This document shows positions 26,490 to 36,535 of a stretch of DNA of 43,184 nt, one piece after another. Location of the stretch: contig JBILVQ010000002.1 of the NCBI GenBank assembly GCA_044370375.1, forward strand, positions 1 through 43,184, given 5' to 3'. The stretch's first letter is position 1, and each line of letters opens with the position of its first letter. The notes beneath the pieces are model-generated. The model saw only the letters and a list, made by a program, of their open reading frames with translations. It was not told the DNA's origin and did not search any database. This stretch comes from Bacteroidia bacterium. GTDB taxonomy: Bacteria > Bacteroidota > Bacteroidia > UBA4408. The position numbers were made by a program, and so were the translations under genes.

Positions 26490-29400
26490 CTAGTTCTCCT
26501 TGGCAAGGTGCCTGTTTATTTTCGAAAATAATTCGTTTGGATTGAAAGGTTTTGAAATGTAATCGTTCATTCCTGCCTCCATTACCTGTTCCCTAACCTC
26601 TACCATTGCAGCTGCCGTGAGCGCCAGAATGGGCAGGTCCCGATAATAACTTCCTTTGGTATTGCGTATGTTTCTGGTGGCTTCAAATCCATCCATTTCG
26701 GGCATTTGTAAATCCATTAACACAATATCGTAATGGTTGTTGTTAACCATTTCAACTCCTTCAATGCCATTTTCGGCAATACTTACTACTGCACCCCATT
26801 TTTCGAGGAATTTTGAAGCAATCAATTGGTTCACGTTATTGTCTTCTACAATAAGTACTTTGATTCCCTTCAGAGAATTTTCTTTCGTTTTTTCAATTGT
26901 ATCGGTAAGTTTTCCTGGATTGCTGGTATCTTTTTTAAAGCTTAATTGAAAAAAGAATTTTGAACCTTCGCCCAATGTACTTTCTAATTGGATATAACTT
27001 CCCTGCAATTCAAGCAATCTTTTGGTAATGGTAAGCCCCAAGCCGGTGCCACCAAATTTACGGGTTGTATCTTTGCTGGCCTGTTCGAAGCTTTCAAAAA
27101 TCAAATCGAATTTATCCTGAGGAATTCCAATCCCCGAATCGGTTACCGAAAATTCAATAACCAAATGACTTTCACTTTCACTAATTTTTTGGATGCTCAA
27201 ATCAATAAAACCTTTTTTGGTAAACTTAATGCCATTAGAAATAAGATTGGTTAAAATTTGATTGAGTCTTACAGGATCTCCCACTACATGAGAAGGAAGA
27301 TTTTTATCGTAATGACTTTTAAGTTCAAGCTTTTTTTCCTGTGCAGTTGATTGAAAGGCGTGCAATAAATCATGACTCAGAAGTTTTAAATTAAAGGGCA
27401 CTTCTTCGAATTCAACCTTTCCTGCATCAATTTTGCTGAAGTCCAGAATGTCGTTAATTAAAACCAAAAGATTTTCTGCACTAAATTTTAAGGTATTTAA
27501 ATTTTCCTTTTGGTTGGGCCTTGGGTCTTCATCTAATAAAAAATGGGTCATGGCAATCACAGCATTCATGGGCGTTCTGATTTCATGACTCATGGTTGAA
27601 AGAAAGGTTTCTTTTGCCTTCATTGATTTTTCTGCCTGCTCTTTGGCAATCCGCAATTCACGTGTCCTTTCGTCAACAATTTTTTCAAGTTTAATTTTAT
27701 CAACCCGGAACTTTCGCTCCCGAAGGAAATTCAAAAGCCAAATTAAACCTGCCAATAAAATTGATATCAGAATATAAAACCATGCTTTTTTCCAAAAGGG
27801 AGGTAAAATGGTAATTTTAATTTCGGCAGGCTTGCCCGACCAACTGCCATTGTTGGCACTTACCCAAACTTTAAAGGTATAATCACCAGGGTCTAGGTTG
27901 GTATAGCCGGCAAATCTTCTCGAGTGACCAACTATGGCCTCCTTATCAAAACCTTCTAATTGATAGGCGAATTTGGTTTTGGCAGGACTTAAGTAATTCA
28001 GTGAAATAAATTCGAAAGAAAGATAATTCTCATTGTATTTTAGTTGAATTGCTCTTGAATCTTTAAAGGTATTTACCAGCGGAAGTTCTTTTCCAAAAAC
28101 ACTCAAAGAGGTAATGTGGACAGGAGGAACAAGGAAATTATCTTCCAAACTATCAGGATGAAATTTTACAAAACCCGATACTCCACCAAAAAACAAATAC
28201 CCCTTTTCATCCTTATAAGATACACCACTATTAAATTCATTAGAGGTTAACCCTTCCGAATCATCATAGTTTCTGAGGGTTCTCATCATTTGTTTCAGAG
28301 CTTTACCAGGCGCTTTTTGTATGGTTTCAGGAGTGGGAAGAGAAAAAACACAAAGGCCTTTGTTGGAACTAAACCAAAGTCTTTTTTTGTTGTCTTCCTG
28401 AATGCTGTAAACAACACTATTGGGAAGCCCATTCGTTTCATCCAATGAAATAAAACTTTCATTTTTGGCATTGAATCCATTAATGCCTCCTGATGTTCCC
28501 ACCCATAGGGTGCCGTAGGAATCCTGAAAAATACACAATACATCATTGTTGTTAATTGAGCCCGGTATTTTTGCCTGATGGGTAAATTTTCGAAAGGTTT
28601 TTCTTAAGGTATCCATTTTTCCTAGACCTGCGGTAAACCCTAACCAAAGATTTCCCTGTTTGTCCATGAAAATGTCCCTTACGTTATTGTCTGCAATTGA
28701 TTGCGGGTCGTTGGGCTGATTTCTGAATTTTTCCCATCGTTGATTGGATGGCTGATAACTAAGCAAGCCACGGTTGGCTGTGGCCACCCAAATAATCCCT
28801 CTTTTATCTTTCAGGATTTCATTAAGTTGATTGGTGGAAGGGGAGTTTGCGTTTTCTGCATCATGAAGGATTCTGCGGAGGAAGGTTCCGGTGCTGGCGT
28901 TGAACTCTACAATTCCTCCACCCGATGTCGCGGCCCAAAAAATTCCGTTTCCTAAATTTTCGAGGCTACGGGTATGTTTAAATGAACTATTTACTTCTTC
29001 TGTTAAAAGATATTTATACTCACCTGTTCGGTCATTGATAAAGTTTATGCCTCCACCTGAGGTTCCTGCTAAAATGAAATCACCGAATTTGTTAATAGCC
29101 CAGATGTCATTGTCATTTAAGGATTTAGTATTAAAGGGATCTCTGAAATAACGTTCAAATTGCGTGGTTCTTGGATTAAAGAAATTTATTCCTCCTCCAT
29201 CAGTTCCTATCCAAATACTGCCATTTTTGTCCTCGCTAATGTTGAGAATATAGTCCAGTGAAAGTGAATTTTTCTTTTTTGGATCAAACCTGTATTGCTG
29301 GGTATATCCACTCTTTGGATCAATGATAAAAACTCCTCCATCAGAAGTACCCAACCAGATAAAACCTCTTTTGTCCATTAACCCACAGGATGCATCTAAG

Positions 29401-30299
29401 TTTTGATCTATTATTTTTTTTGTTTGTTGTTGGTAAATTTCCTGATAGGTTTTTTTATCAGGATTTATTCTGTAAAGTCTGCCCTGGGCATCCAGACAAT
29501 ATACATGCGCACTATCAAATGGATTTTTTAGAAAACATGAAATCTCATCATTGATGATGGAAGTAAATTCGCCTTCGGCAAAAAAGCTTCTTAAAACTTT
29601 GCCTGTTGTTTTGTCGATACAGGAAAGACCGGCATTACCTGTTCCTATCCAAATGCGGCCTTTGGCATCCTGACTAATGCAACTGATAAAATTTCCCGCA
29701 ATGCTATTGGGATCTGTATACCTGCTTTTATAGTGACTAAATTTTTCGCTTGTGGGGTCATAACTTGATAAGCCTCCATCAAGCGTGCCGATCCAAATTA
29801 AACCTTCATTGTCTTCAAAAAGAGTTGTTATGTTATTGCTGAAGGGACCTTTAAAGTTTTTATTGGTTCTTACAAAGTGTGTAAATTCTCCCTTAAATCT
29901 GTCGTATACACCGAGTCCTGAGATATCGGTTCCAATCCATATTTTTCCTGATTTATCTTCCAGTAAACTGGTGATAATATTTCCGGGAATTGAATTTTTA
30001 TTTTTGGGATCATGCTTGAATATTTTGAATCCATATCCATCATATAAATTCAATCCATCATCCGTACCAATCCAAATGAATCCGAATTTATCTTCCAAAA
30101 CGGCATTGATAGAGCTTTGCGAAAGCCCTTGTTCTATGCTTATTTTTTTGAAAATTAAATCGCCCTGATATGAAAACCCAGCAATGGAATGAAGGAAAAA
30201 TAAAATAAAGAATATTGGTCGTAAAATACCGGTTTTACGAAATGCGAAATTTTTGTGATTCAGTTTTTCTGCGTAATTCTTTAGCAATGCCGTAGCCAT
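26490..30299 (-). CDS. Hybrid sensor histidine kinase / response regulator with a periplasmic two-component-regulator propeller and Y_Y_Y domain, and no DNA-binding output
   Basis: About 1269 aa from ATG 30299, with an alternative GTG at 30308. It has many repeats of the (D/N)xxGxIW(I/V)GT propeller motif. These are followed by a Y_Y_Y-like segment (FAYQLEGFDKE), a TM helix and a coiled coil. Next come the H-box (SHEIRTPMN), an HATPase domain (DSGIGI, GGTGLGL) and a receiver domain (LIVEDN...LMDLQMPEMDG...K). The protein ends after the receiver. Confidence 0.9.
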   Translation of the reverse strand: MATALLKNYAEKLNHKNFAFRKTGILRPIFFILFFLHSIAGFSYQGDLIFKKISIEQGLSQSSINAVLEDKFGFIWIGTDDGLNLYDGYGFKIFKHDPKNKNSIPGNIITSLLEDKSGKIWIGTDISGLGVYDRFKGEFTHFVRTNKNFKGPFSNNITTLFEDNEGLIWIGTLDGGLSSYDPTSEKFSHYKSRYTDPNSIAGNFISCISQDAKGRIWIGTGNAGLSCIDKTTGKVLRSFFAEGEFTSIINDEISCFLKNPFDSAHVYCLDAQGRLYRINPDKKTYQEIYQQQTKKIIDQNLDASCGLMDKRGFIWLGTSDGGVFIIDPKSGYTQQYRFDPKKKNSLSLDYILNISEDKNGSIWIGTDGGGINFFNPRTTQFERYFRDPFNTKSLNDNDIWAINKFGDFILAGTSGGGINFINDRTGEYKYLLTEEVNSSFKHTRSLENLGNGIFWAATSGGGIVEFNASTGTFLRRILHDAENANSPSTNQLNEILKDKRGIIWVATANRGLLSYQPSNQRWEKFRNQPNDPQSIADNNVRDIFMDKQGNLWLGFTAGLGKMDTLRKTFRKFTHQAKIPGSINNNDVLCIFQDSYGTLWVGTSGGINGFNAKNESFISLDETNGLPNSVVYSIQEDNKKRLWFSSNKGLCVFSLPTPETIQKAPGKALKQMMRTLRNYDDSEGLTSNEFNSGVSYKDEKGYLFFGGVSGFVKFHPDSLEDNFLVPPVHITSLSVFGKELPLVNTFKDSRAIQLKYNENYLSFEFISLNYLSPAKTKFAYQLEGFDKEAIVGHSRRFAGYTNLDPGDYTFKVWVSANNGSWSGKPAEIKITILPPFWKKAWFYILISILLAGLIWLLNFLRERKFRVDKIKLEKIVDERTRELRIAKEQAEKSMKAKETFLSTMSHEIRTPMNAVIAMTHFLLDEDPRPNQKENLNTLKFSAENLLVLINDILDFSKIDAGKVEFEEVPFNLKLLSHDLLHAFQSTAQEKKLELKSHYDKNLPSHVVGDPVRLNQILTNLISNGIKFTKKGFIDLSIQKISESESHLVIEFSVTDSGIGIPQDKFDLIFESFEQASKDTTRKFGGTGLGLTITKRLLELQGSYIQLESTLGEGSKFFFQLSFKKDTSNPGKLTDTIEKTKENSLKGIKVLIVEDNNVNQLIASKFLEKWGAVVSIAENGIEGVEMVNNNHYDIVLMDLQMPEMDGFEATRNIRNTKGSYYRDLPILALTAAAMVEVREQVMEAGMNDYISKPFNPNELFSKINRHLAKEN

Positions 30300-30501
30300 G
30301 AAGACCACTAATGTAAAGAATTATTTTCGTTAACCAATGTTTAATCTTTGTTTGTTTCTAGTTTGATTAGCCTATTGAGGCAACGATGTTCTTCCCTTTA
30401 TTAAATAGAGAAAGCAATGCCTATGCCGAATGTTGTATTTTTGCGCATTTAATCACCTTAAATTTAGCAGACAAGTTTTTTGTGGTGGACTTATAGAATC
30501 C

Positions 30502-30837
30502 TCAATGACTTTTTATATTCTTTGATTTATACTGACAACATTCGGGTAGTTTTTGATAGGCAGAATCATTGGCCTGATAGGTTGGATTGGAGTACCCCGC
30601 CTCTGCAATTTGTTTTTTTATCTTATCCTCAGATGTTTTAGCTGCATCGAATTTTATTTTTAACTCCTTTGTTTTTTTATTCCAAATGGCCTTGTCTGCA
30701 CCTGCATCAACCGCAGCCTGCTCAATGTTTTTTTTGCACATACCACAATTTCCTTCCACCTGAAATTTTGTGATTTTTGTTTGCGCAGAAATTTCTGCAC
30801 TAAGGAAAAGTAGAAATGCCAAGATTATTTTTTTCAT
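30502..30837 (-). CDS. Secreted heavy-metal-associated (HMA) domain protein
   Basis: 111 aa with a signal peptide (MKKIILAFLLFLSAEISAQ), an HMA fold with a CxxC motif (EGNCGMCKKNIEQA) and a C-terminal CC pair (PECCQY). Confidence 0.75.
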   Translation of the reverse strand: MKKIILAFLLFLSAEISAQTKITKFQVEGNCGMCKKNIEQAAVDAGADKAIWNKKTKELKIKFDAAKTSEDKIKKQIAEAGYSNPTYQANDSAYQKLPECCQYKSKNIKSH

Positions 30838-30841
30838 TCAT

Positions 30842-30849
30842 CAAAAGTA
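30842..30849 (-). promoter_or_regulatory. Candidate -7 box immediately upstream of the HMA gene ATG
   Basis: Plus-strand caaaagta equals TACTTTTG on the minus strand, only 5 nt from ATG 30837. It may be fortuitous because it adjoins the terminator T-run. Confidence 0.2.
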
Positions 30850-30883
30850 AAAAAAAAGCCCGCTAAAAAGCGGGCTTTTTTTT
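30849..30883 (-). terminator. Rho-independent terminator of the upstream T9SS cargo gene
   Basis: The stem aaagcccgc (30855-30863) pairs with gcgggcttt (30870-30878). On the minus strand a 9-U run follows. Confidence 0.85.
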
Positions 30884-30900
30884 ATGAAATGTAGGCAAGA

Positions 30901-32079
30901 TTAGTGGTTTACTACAAGTGGTTTTGTTGCAGACCATCCATTGGCATTCAGCGTGTAATTGTAAATACCATTGTCTAAATTTTCTGTTTGCAAAGAAACA
31001 GTATGACGACCACTTTGAAGATCGTTTAATTCCTGATGGCTAACAACTCTTCCGCTCAAATCTGTAACAGTTAAGGTTGCATTGCAATTTACAGGAACCT
31101 CAAAAGATACATTGGTCAATATGCTGGTTGGGTTAGGGTAAGAATGCAAAAGGGTGAAACCGTTTGAAGCACTATTTTCTGATATTCCAATAACCTCTGT
31201 TAACAAAACTTTGGCCCAAATAGCCCAGTTTTGCGCATAAAACCAACCTTGAGAACCGGCAGGACTACCGTATCCTACGTTTGAATTTTGGGTAATATTT
31301 GGAATGAATGGAGGATAACGCATGAAGGAGGTTTTGTAATCACTTTGTTTGGCCCAAGGATCGTTTGGATCAGGACTCAAAGGATCTTTTACATAACCGG
31401 CTGCAATACCCAAAGTATCTAATTTAGAGGCATCTTCATAAATAAAATGAAATGCTGCCTTTGTTCCACCCGGTACGGTGAAATTAGGGGTGTAGGTTAA
31501 CAAGTAACCAGCTCCGGATCCTACCCAGTTTCCTCCTGAACTTAAGGATACGTTTGCACTATCCACTTGCTCCCATAACACAGGACTAGCAAGGGATGGA
31601 GCCGCTCCTGAAACCTGAACAATTCTCATTTTTAATTTGTCGTACAAGCCACTGTTGTTCTCATGAGAGATAGATGCAAAGATCGTATCTACACGCATGG
31701 AAATGTTATTTGGGTAATCAACAGCGAAACCAAAGGTTGCAGCATCAACAAAACTGTTAATAGGGTCAGCAGGGTCTGTATAACCTCCAACTTTGTTCAC
31801 GAACCAACCTACATAGTTCAAGGCGGTATCTGTTCCTACATAAAGAGAATTGTATCTCCAAAGGAAGAAATCATCGTCAAAGTTTGCGGCACTATGGTCC
31901 ATGTATAAATCAAAAGTTGCACGACCGGTATTTTCAAAGCCTCCGGAGCGTGCTTTCATAGCCGCAACTTCCGCTGCACTAATTTTACCGTAAGCATTAC
32001 GGTTTGGCATAATGGATTGCGCTTGAGAAGTACCCAAAAACAAGCCGAGTGAGCCAAGGAGTAAGTAAATTTTCTTCAT
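30901..32079 (-). CDS. Secreted protein of unknown function with a T9SS C-terminal sorting domain (paralogue A)
   Basis: I prefer ATG 32079 (MKKIYLLLGSLGLFLGTSQAQ signal peptide). The ORF-track extension to 32145 is a Lys-rich readout of an A/T tract. The C-terminus is YPNPTS...TVTDLSGRVV...NGIYNYTL......VVNH, which is a typical Por/T9SS CTD. Confidence 0.8.
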   Translation of the reverse strand: MKKIYLLLGSLGLFLGTSQAQSIMPNRNAYGKISAAEVAAMKARSGGFENTGRATFDLYMDHSAANFDDDFFLWRYNSLYVGTDTALNYVGWFVNKVGGYTDPADPINSFVDAATFGFAVDYPNNISMRVDTIFASISHENNSGLYDKLKMRIVQVSGAAPSLASPVLWEQVDSANVSLSSGGNWVGSGAGYLLTYTPNFTVPGGTKAAFHFIYEDASKLDTLGIAAGYVKDPLSPDPNDPWAKQSDYKTSFMRYPPFIPNITQNSNVGYGSPAGSQGWFYAQNWAIWAKVLLTEVIGISENSASNGFTLLHSYPNPTSILTNVSFEVPVNCNATLTVTDLSGRVVSHQELNDLQSGRHTVSLQTENLDNGIYNYTLNANGWSATKPLVVNH

Positions 32080-32143
32080 TTTTTTTTTTGATTGGTTGAA
32101 AGCACTAAGATAGTAAGAATTTTTCTTTTTTTTATTTTTCTGC

Positions 32144-32178
32144 AAAAAAAAAGGCCCTGATTTTTTCAGGGCCTTTTT
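32144..32178 (-). terminator. Rho-independent terminator of T9SS cargo paralogue B
   Basis: An 11-bp stem, aaaggccctga (32150-32160) pairing with tcagggccttt (32166-32176). On the minus strand a 9-U run follows. Confidence 0.85.
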
Positions 32179-32195
32179 ATTAGAATCAGATTAGA

Positions 32196-33458
32196 CTATT
32201 TTACCACAAAGAATTTCTTGGTAACAGAGCCAAGGTCTGTTTGTAAAGTGTAATTGTAAACACCGGCAGCAAAATTACTTGCATCCAAGGACACATTGTA
32301 AAGTCCCGGTGCTTTGGTTCCTTGATTGATTACCTGAATTGTTTTTCCGGTTACATCCGTCACTACCAAAGAAACCTGGCTGGAAGCAGTTTCCAAAGAA
32401 TAGTTGATGGTAGTGATGCCTGACGCAGGGTTAGGGAAGTTTTGTCCGATGGCTAAACCGTTAGCCTTTGTTTCGTCAATGCCCACAACGCTAGTAACGT
32501 GAAAACTGATAATATTGTGCTCTGCACTATATCCGGGAGTCCATGCCCAGGTAGGAATCAAATATCCATTCCAACCATTGGCGTTGATATCATAACGAAC
32601 GCTGGTAGGAAGTGCATAAGAGCAATTCATGTCGGAAGTTCCATCGCTAAGGGTACCATAAAAGGTAGGATCGGTGTTTTCTCCGTTTTGTTCAGCAGAG
32701 AATACTAGGAAGGCGTTCATATCAAACAACGAATCGGTGATTGAATATGAATAACCTGGTTTAAAACTAACGCATACACCAATTCTGTTACCGGCAGCTT
32801 GCTGGGGTAGACCAGCAGTAGCAATCAAAATTTCTTTTGAGGTACTTGTTGAATCCTGTGCAGTCAATAAATAAGTGTAGGTGGCAATAATGTTGGAAGC
32901 CTTGACTTTGTTGGATGGCTGATCATACTCGATATCCTGATAAGTGTGCGTTGGCGCAGAGCCGGGCATATCGTACAGCAAGGCATTGTTATGTTTAATG
33001 ATGTCAATAACAAGGGTATCAACAATATTGTCAGCCAAATTCCTCAAGTATGCATAACCAATGGCAACCGAATCCAACGTGAAAGCATCGGTATTCACTA
33101 AGCCTTCAACAGGCATGTTTTTAGGATCCAGCATGGTGGCCGATTTCATAAACTGGTTGTAAGCCGTTGAACCATCTGTGAAAGTACCAATGATGATACT
33201 TGAGTCGGGGAAAATGGTTTGAAAATCGAAGAAGGCCGCTCCGGGAGAATATCCATTCGGATCATCCAGTTGCAAGGCATAATTCAACCATCCGCTGTAG
33301 GCACGACTTGAGGTTTGTAAAGCCCTGAATTTGGAGGTTTCTGTTTTTAGTTTTCCATTGGGAACCAATTTTTGGCTGATAACACCGCCATTTTTGGTTT
33401 GTGCATTGGCACCGAGAATTAGACCAAATGATGCAACAATTGCGTAAAGTTTTTTCAT
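32196..33458 (-). CDS. Secreted protein of unknown function with a T9SS C-terminal sorting domain (paralogue B)
   Basis: 420 aa with a signal peptide (MKKLYAIVASFGLILGANAQ). The C-terminal FPNPASGITTINY...VVTDVTGKTI...AGVYNYTL...KKFFVVK is a T9SS CTD. The body shows colinear weak similarity to paralogue A. Confidence 0.8.
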   Translation of the reverse strand: MKKLYAIVASFGLILGANAQTKNGGVISQKLVPNGKLKTETSKFRALQTSSRAYSGWLNYALQLDDPNGYSPGAAFFDFQTIFPDSSIIIGTFTDGSTAYNQFMKSATMLDPKNMPVEGLVNTDAFTLDSVAIGYAYLRNLADNIVDTLVIDIIKHNNALLYDMPGSAPTHTYQDIEYDQPSNKVKASNIIATYTYLLTAQDSTSTSKEILIATAGLPQQAAGNRIGVCVSFKPGYSYSITDSLFDMNAFLVFSAEQNGENTDPTFYGTLSDGTSDMNCSYALPTSVRYDINANGWNGYLIPTWAWTPGYSAEHNIISFHVTSVVGIDETKANGLAIGQNFPNPASGITTINYSLETASSQVSLVVTDVTGKTIQVINQGTKAPGLYNVSLDASNFAAGVYNYTLQTDLGSVTKKFFVVK

Positions 33459-33490
33459 TTTTATGGTTTAGGTTTGTTTGGTTTCAACTA

Positions 33491-33498
33491 CAAAGTTA
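33491..33498 (-). promoter_or_regulatory. Candidate -7 promoter box for T9SS cargo paralogue B
   Basis: Plus-strand caaagtta equals TAACTTTG on the minus strand, 33 nt upstream of ATG 33458. Confidence 0.4.
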
Positions 33499-33534
33499 AT
33501 GCTTTTTTTACAATTTATTCAATTTGCAACGGCA

Positions 33535-36420
33535 TTAAATGTTAACTTCTGTTTCCATGTAATTTTCAATGGGTAAACAGGAGCAAACTAAGTTTCTGTC
33601 TCCGTAAGCATTGTCAATCCTTGATACACTGGGCCAGAATTTATTTTCCCTCACCCAAGCCAGCGGATACGCAGCTTTTTCCCTGCTGTAATCATGATTC
33701 CAGTTTGAACTAATCACAGATTTTGCCGTGTGAGGTGCATTTTTTAACAAATTGTCTTTCGTGTTTCCGCTTTCAGCAATTTCATCAATTTCTTTTCTGA
33801 TTTGAATCAGTGCTTCACAAAAACGATCCAGTTCTTCTTTTGATTCACTTTCGGTGGGTTCAACCATGATGGTGTCGTGCACAGGGAACGATACGGTAGG
33901 TGCATGAAACCCATAATCCATTAATCGTTTGGCAATATCACCTACTTCAACACCCGCCGACTTTTTAAAAGAAGAACAATCCAAAATCATTTCGTGGGCA
34001 CAGCGTCCGTTTTTCCCAACGTAAAGGGTAGGGTAGTGGTTTTTTAATTTTTCCTTGATGTAGTTTGCATTCAGGATGGCAAATTCAGTAGAGCTTTTTA
34101 ATCCTGCGGATCCCAGCATTTTAATATAGCCGTAAGAAATGAGCAATATTAATGCACTTCCGTAGGGCGCTGCTGATATGGCGTGAATCCCTTCAGTGCC
34201 CCCGGTTTTTGTCATTGGATGACCCGGCAGGAAGGGCAAAAGTTGTTTTGCAACACCAATGGGGCCCATGCCCGGTCCACCCCCACCATGCGGAATGGCA
34301 AAGGTTTTGTGTAAATTTAGATGGCAAACATCAGCTCCAATATTGCCCGGACTGGTGAGGCCAACCTGTGCATTCATATTGGCACCATCCATATACACTT
34401 GTCCGCCATTTTGATGGATGATTCCTGTAATTTCAATAATTCCTTCTTCAAAAACTCCGTGTGTTGATGGATAAGTGACCATCAAACAACTGAGTTTGTC
34501 TTTATGCTTTTCTGCCTTTTCCTTTAAATCTTGAATATCGATATTGCCTTTTTCATCACATTTTACCACGATTATTTCCATTCCGGCCATGGCTGCACTC
34601 GCCGGATTGGTGCCATGTGCAGAGGAAGGAATCAAAGCAATGTTTCGGTGATGGTCTCCCCTTGAGTGGTGATAGGCTCTGATTACCATTAGCCCCGCAT
34701 ATTCTCCTTGGGCTCCAGAATTAGGCTGAAAACTCATGCCGGCAAACCCTGTAATATTCGATAAATCCTTGTCCAATTCGTCAATCAAAAGGCGGTAACC
34801 TTCTGCCTGATTCGCAGGAACAAAAGGGTGAATGTTGGCAAATTCTGGCCAGGTTATAGGATACAATTCTGCAGCAGCATTGAGTTTCATGGTGCAGGAA
34901 CCCAATGAAATCATGCTGTGTACCAATGAAAGGTCTTTGTTTTCTAACCTTTTGATATACCGCATCATCTCTGACTCAGAATGATACTTTGAAAAAACAG
35001 GGTGCGTTAAATAGGATGATGTTCTGCATAATTCACTGCCTTCAATTATGCCATTAACATTTCCGTTGTTTTCAACTTTTGTTTGTCCCGAAATACTTGA
35101 AAAGGCCTGTAAAATGTTTTTTAAATCTGTTTCATCGAAGGTTTCATCCAAAGAAATACAAACAGAATGATGATGGGTGTAGTAAAAATTAATTGAAAGT
35201 GCTTCGCTCGATTTTTTTAACAATTCAACCTCTGCATCATTTTTTAACTGAATCTGAATCGTGTCGAAATATAATGGGTTGATTTGACGAAAGCCCATGC
35301 CTATCAATTGTGATGATAAATGGGTTGTTTGTCCGTGAACATAGTCAGCAATTTCTTTTATACCTGTAGGACCATGATATACCGCGTACATAGAGGCCAT
35401 GATGGCCAACAGGGCTTGTGCCGTACAAATGTTGGAGGTGGCTTTATCTCTTCTGATGTGTTGTTCCCTGGTTTGCAAGGCCATTCTTAAGGCATGGTTC
35501 CCCGATGCATCCATGGAAACACCAATGATTCGGCCGGGTAATAATCTTTTGTAATCTTCACGACAGGCAAAAAATGCTGCGTGGGGTCCTCCATATCCCA
35601 TGGGAACACCAAATCTTTGCGAGTTACCAAACACAACATCTGCACCCCATTCTCCGGGAGGAACCAATACTGCCAAACTCAGTAAATCTGTTCCAACCCC
35701 TACGTGAATTCCGAATTTTTTACACTCCAAGGTGAGGCTTCTGTAATCCTCTACACTTCCGTGGGCATTGGGATATTGTAGCATTAGACCAAAATATTCG
35801 GCCCCGGGCTTAAAATTCTTTACATTACCAATATCTAGTTGAATCCCCAGCGGGGCACTGCGGGTAATTAACAAATCGATGGTTTGGGGCAAACAGGTTT
35901 CAGAAACAAATAGTTTGTTGGCTCCTCTTTGAACACTTTCTTTGCTACGGCTGGCATAAATCATGGCCATGGCCTCTGCCGCAGCTGTGGCTTCGTCCAG
36001 CAGCGATGCATTTGCAATTTCCATTCCGGTAAGATCCATTACCATGGTTTGAAAATTCAACAAAGCCTCCAGTCTTCCTTGTGCGATTTCTGCTTGATAT
36101 GGAGTATAGGCAGTGTACCATCCCGGATTTTCAAGAATGTTCCTTTGAATAACCGGTGGTATAATGGTGTTGTAGTATCCTAGTCCGATAAAACTTCTGA
36201 ACATCTTGTTTTTTGCACCAATAGCCCGTAAATGCTGATGGTACTCAAACTCGCCCATGGGTTCTCCAACCGCCAAATCCCCTTTCAGCCGGATGACAGA
36301 TGGTACGGTTTCCGAGATTAATTCGTCCATAGAGTTCGCACCGATTGTTTTTAACATTTCAGCAACATCGGCCTTTCTCGGACCAATATGTCTTGACGCA
36401 AAGGAGTGTGGTTTTGCCAT
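33535..36420 (-). CDS. gcvP: Glycine dehydrogenase (decarboxylating), single-chain glycine cleavage system P protein
   Basis: 961 aa with FASRHIGP at the N-terminus, YTPYQ(A/P)EI(A/S)QGRLE and the PLP-lysine context [18 protein letters not shown]. Confidence 0.97.
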   Translation of the reverse strand: MAKPHSFASRHIGPRKADVAEMLKTIGANSMDELISETVPSVIRLKGDLAVGEPMGEFEYHQHLRAIGAKNKMFRSFIGLGYYNTIIPPVIQRNILENPGWYTAYTPYQAEIAQGRLEALLNFQTMVMDLTGMEIANASLLDEATAAAEAMAMIYASRSKESVQRGANKLFVSETCLPQTIDLLITRSAPLGIQLDIGNVKNFKPGAEYFGLMLQYPNAHGSVEDYRSLTLECKKFGIHVGVGTDLLSLAVLVPPGEWGADVVFGNSQRFGVPMGYGGPHAAFFACREDYKRLLPGRIIGVSMDASGNHALRMALQTREQHIRRDKATSNICTAQALLAIMASMYAVYHGPTGIKEIADYVHGQTTHLSSQLIGMGFRQINPLYFDTIQIQLKNDAEVELLKKSSEALSINFYYTHHHSVCISLDETFDETDLKNILQAFSSISGQTKVENNGNVNGIIEGSELCRTSSYLTHPVFSKYHSESEMMRYIKRLENKDLSLVHSMISLGSCTMKLNAAAELYPITWPEFANIHPFVPANQAEGYRLLIDELDKDLSNITGFAGMSFQPNSGAQGEYAGLMVIRAYHHSRGDHHRNIALIPSSAHGTNPASAAMAGMEIIVVKCDEKGNIDIQDLKEKAEKHKDKLSCLMVTYPSTHGVFEEGIIEITGIIHQNGGQVYMDGANMNAQVGLTSPGNIGADVCHLNLHKTFAIPHGGGGPGMGPIGVAKQLLPFLPGHPMTKTGGTEGIHAISAAPYGSALILLISYGYIKMLGSAGLKSSTEFAILNANYIKEKLKNHYPTLYVGKNGRCAHEMILDCSSFKKSAGVEVGDIAKRLMDYGFHAPTVSFPVHDTIMVEPTESESKEELDRFCEALIQIRKEIDEIAESGNTKDNLLKNAPHTAKSVISSNWNHDYSREKAAYPLAWVRENKFWPSVSRIDNAYGDRNLVCSCLPIENYMETEVNI

Positions 36421-36443
36421 TGGAGGTTTTAAATTTATTCCGA

Positions 36444-36451
36444 CAAAAATA
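36444..36451 (-). promoter_or_regulatory. Candidate -7 promoter box for gcvP
   Basis: Plus-strand caaaaata equals TATTTTTG on the minus strand, 24 nt upstream of ATG 36420. Confidence 0.4.
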
Positions 36452-36508
36452 ATAACATTCAGATTGTAAAACAGTTCGTGCTTTTTTAATTTTCTTCCTT
36501 TTTTCCCT

Positions 36509-36516
36509 TAACTTTG
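36509..36516 (+). promoter_or_regulatory. Candidate -7 promoter box for the 221-aa/288-aa gene pair
   Basis: Exact taactttg, 20 nt upstream of ATG 36536. Confidence 0.4.
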
Positions 36517-36535
36517 TTCTAGATTTCAAAATTGG

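Noticed and set aside
27800-30150. A periodic recurring motif across about 2.3 kb of the kinase gene that might suggest a repeat array.
   Set aside because: The periodicity is at the protein level, from propeller blades with the G.IW.GT motif. The nucleotide sequences are divergent. There are no direct DNA repeats or spacers, so this is not CRISPR-like.
36421-36535. Possible glycine riboswitch in the gcvP leader.
   Set aside because: A -7 box 24 nt from the ATG leaves a leader far too short for a glycine aptamer. I could not find the conserved GGAGAG...CACCG-type core on the minus strand. The 115-bp spacer is shared with a divergent promoter.
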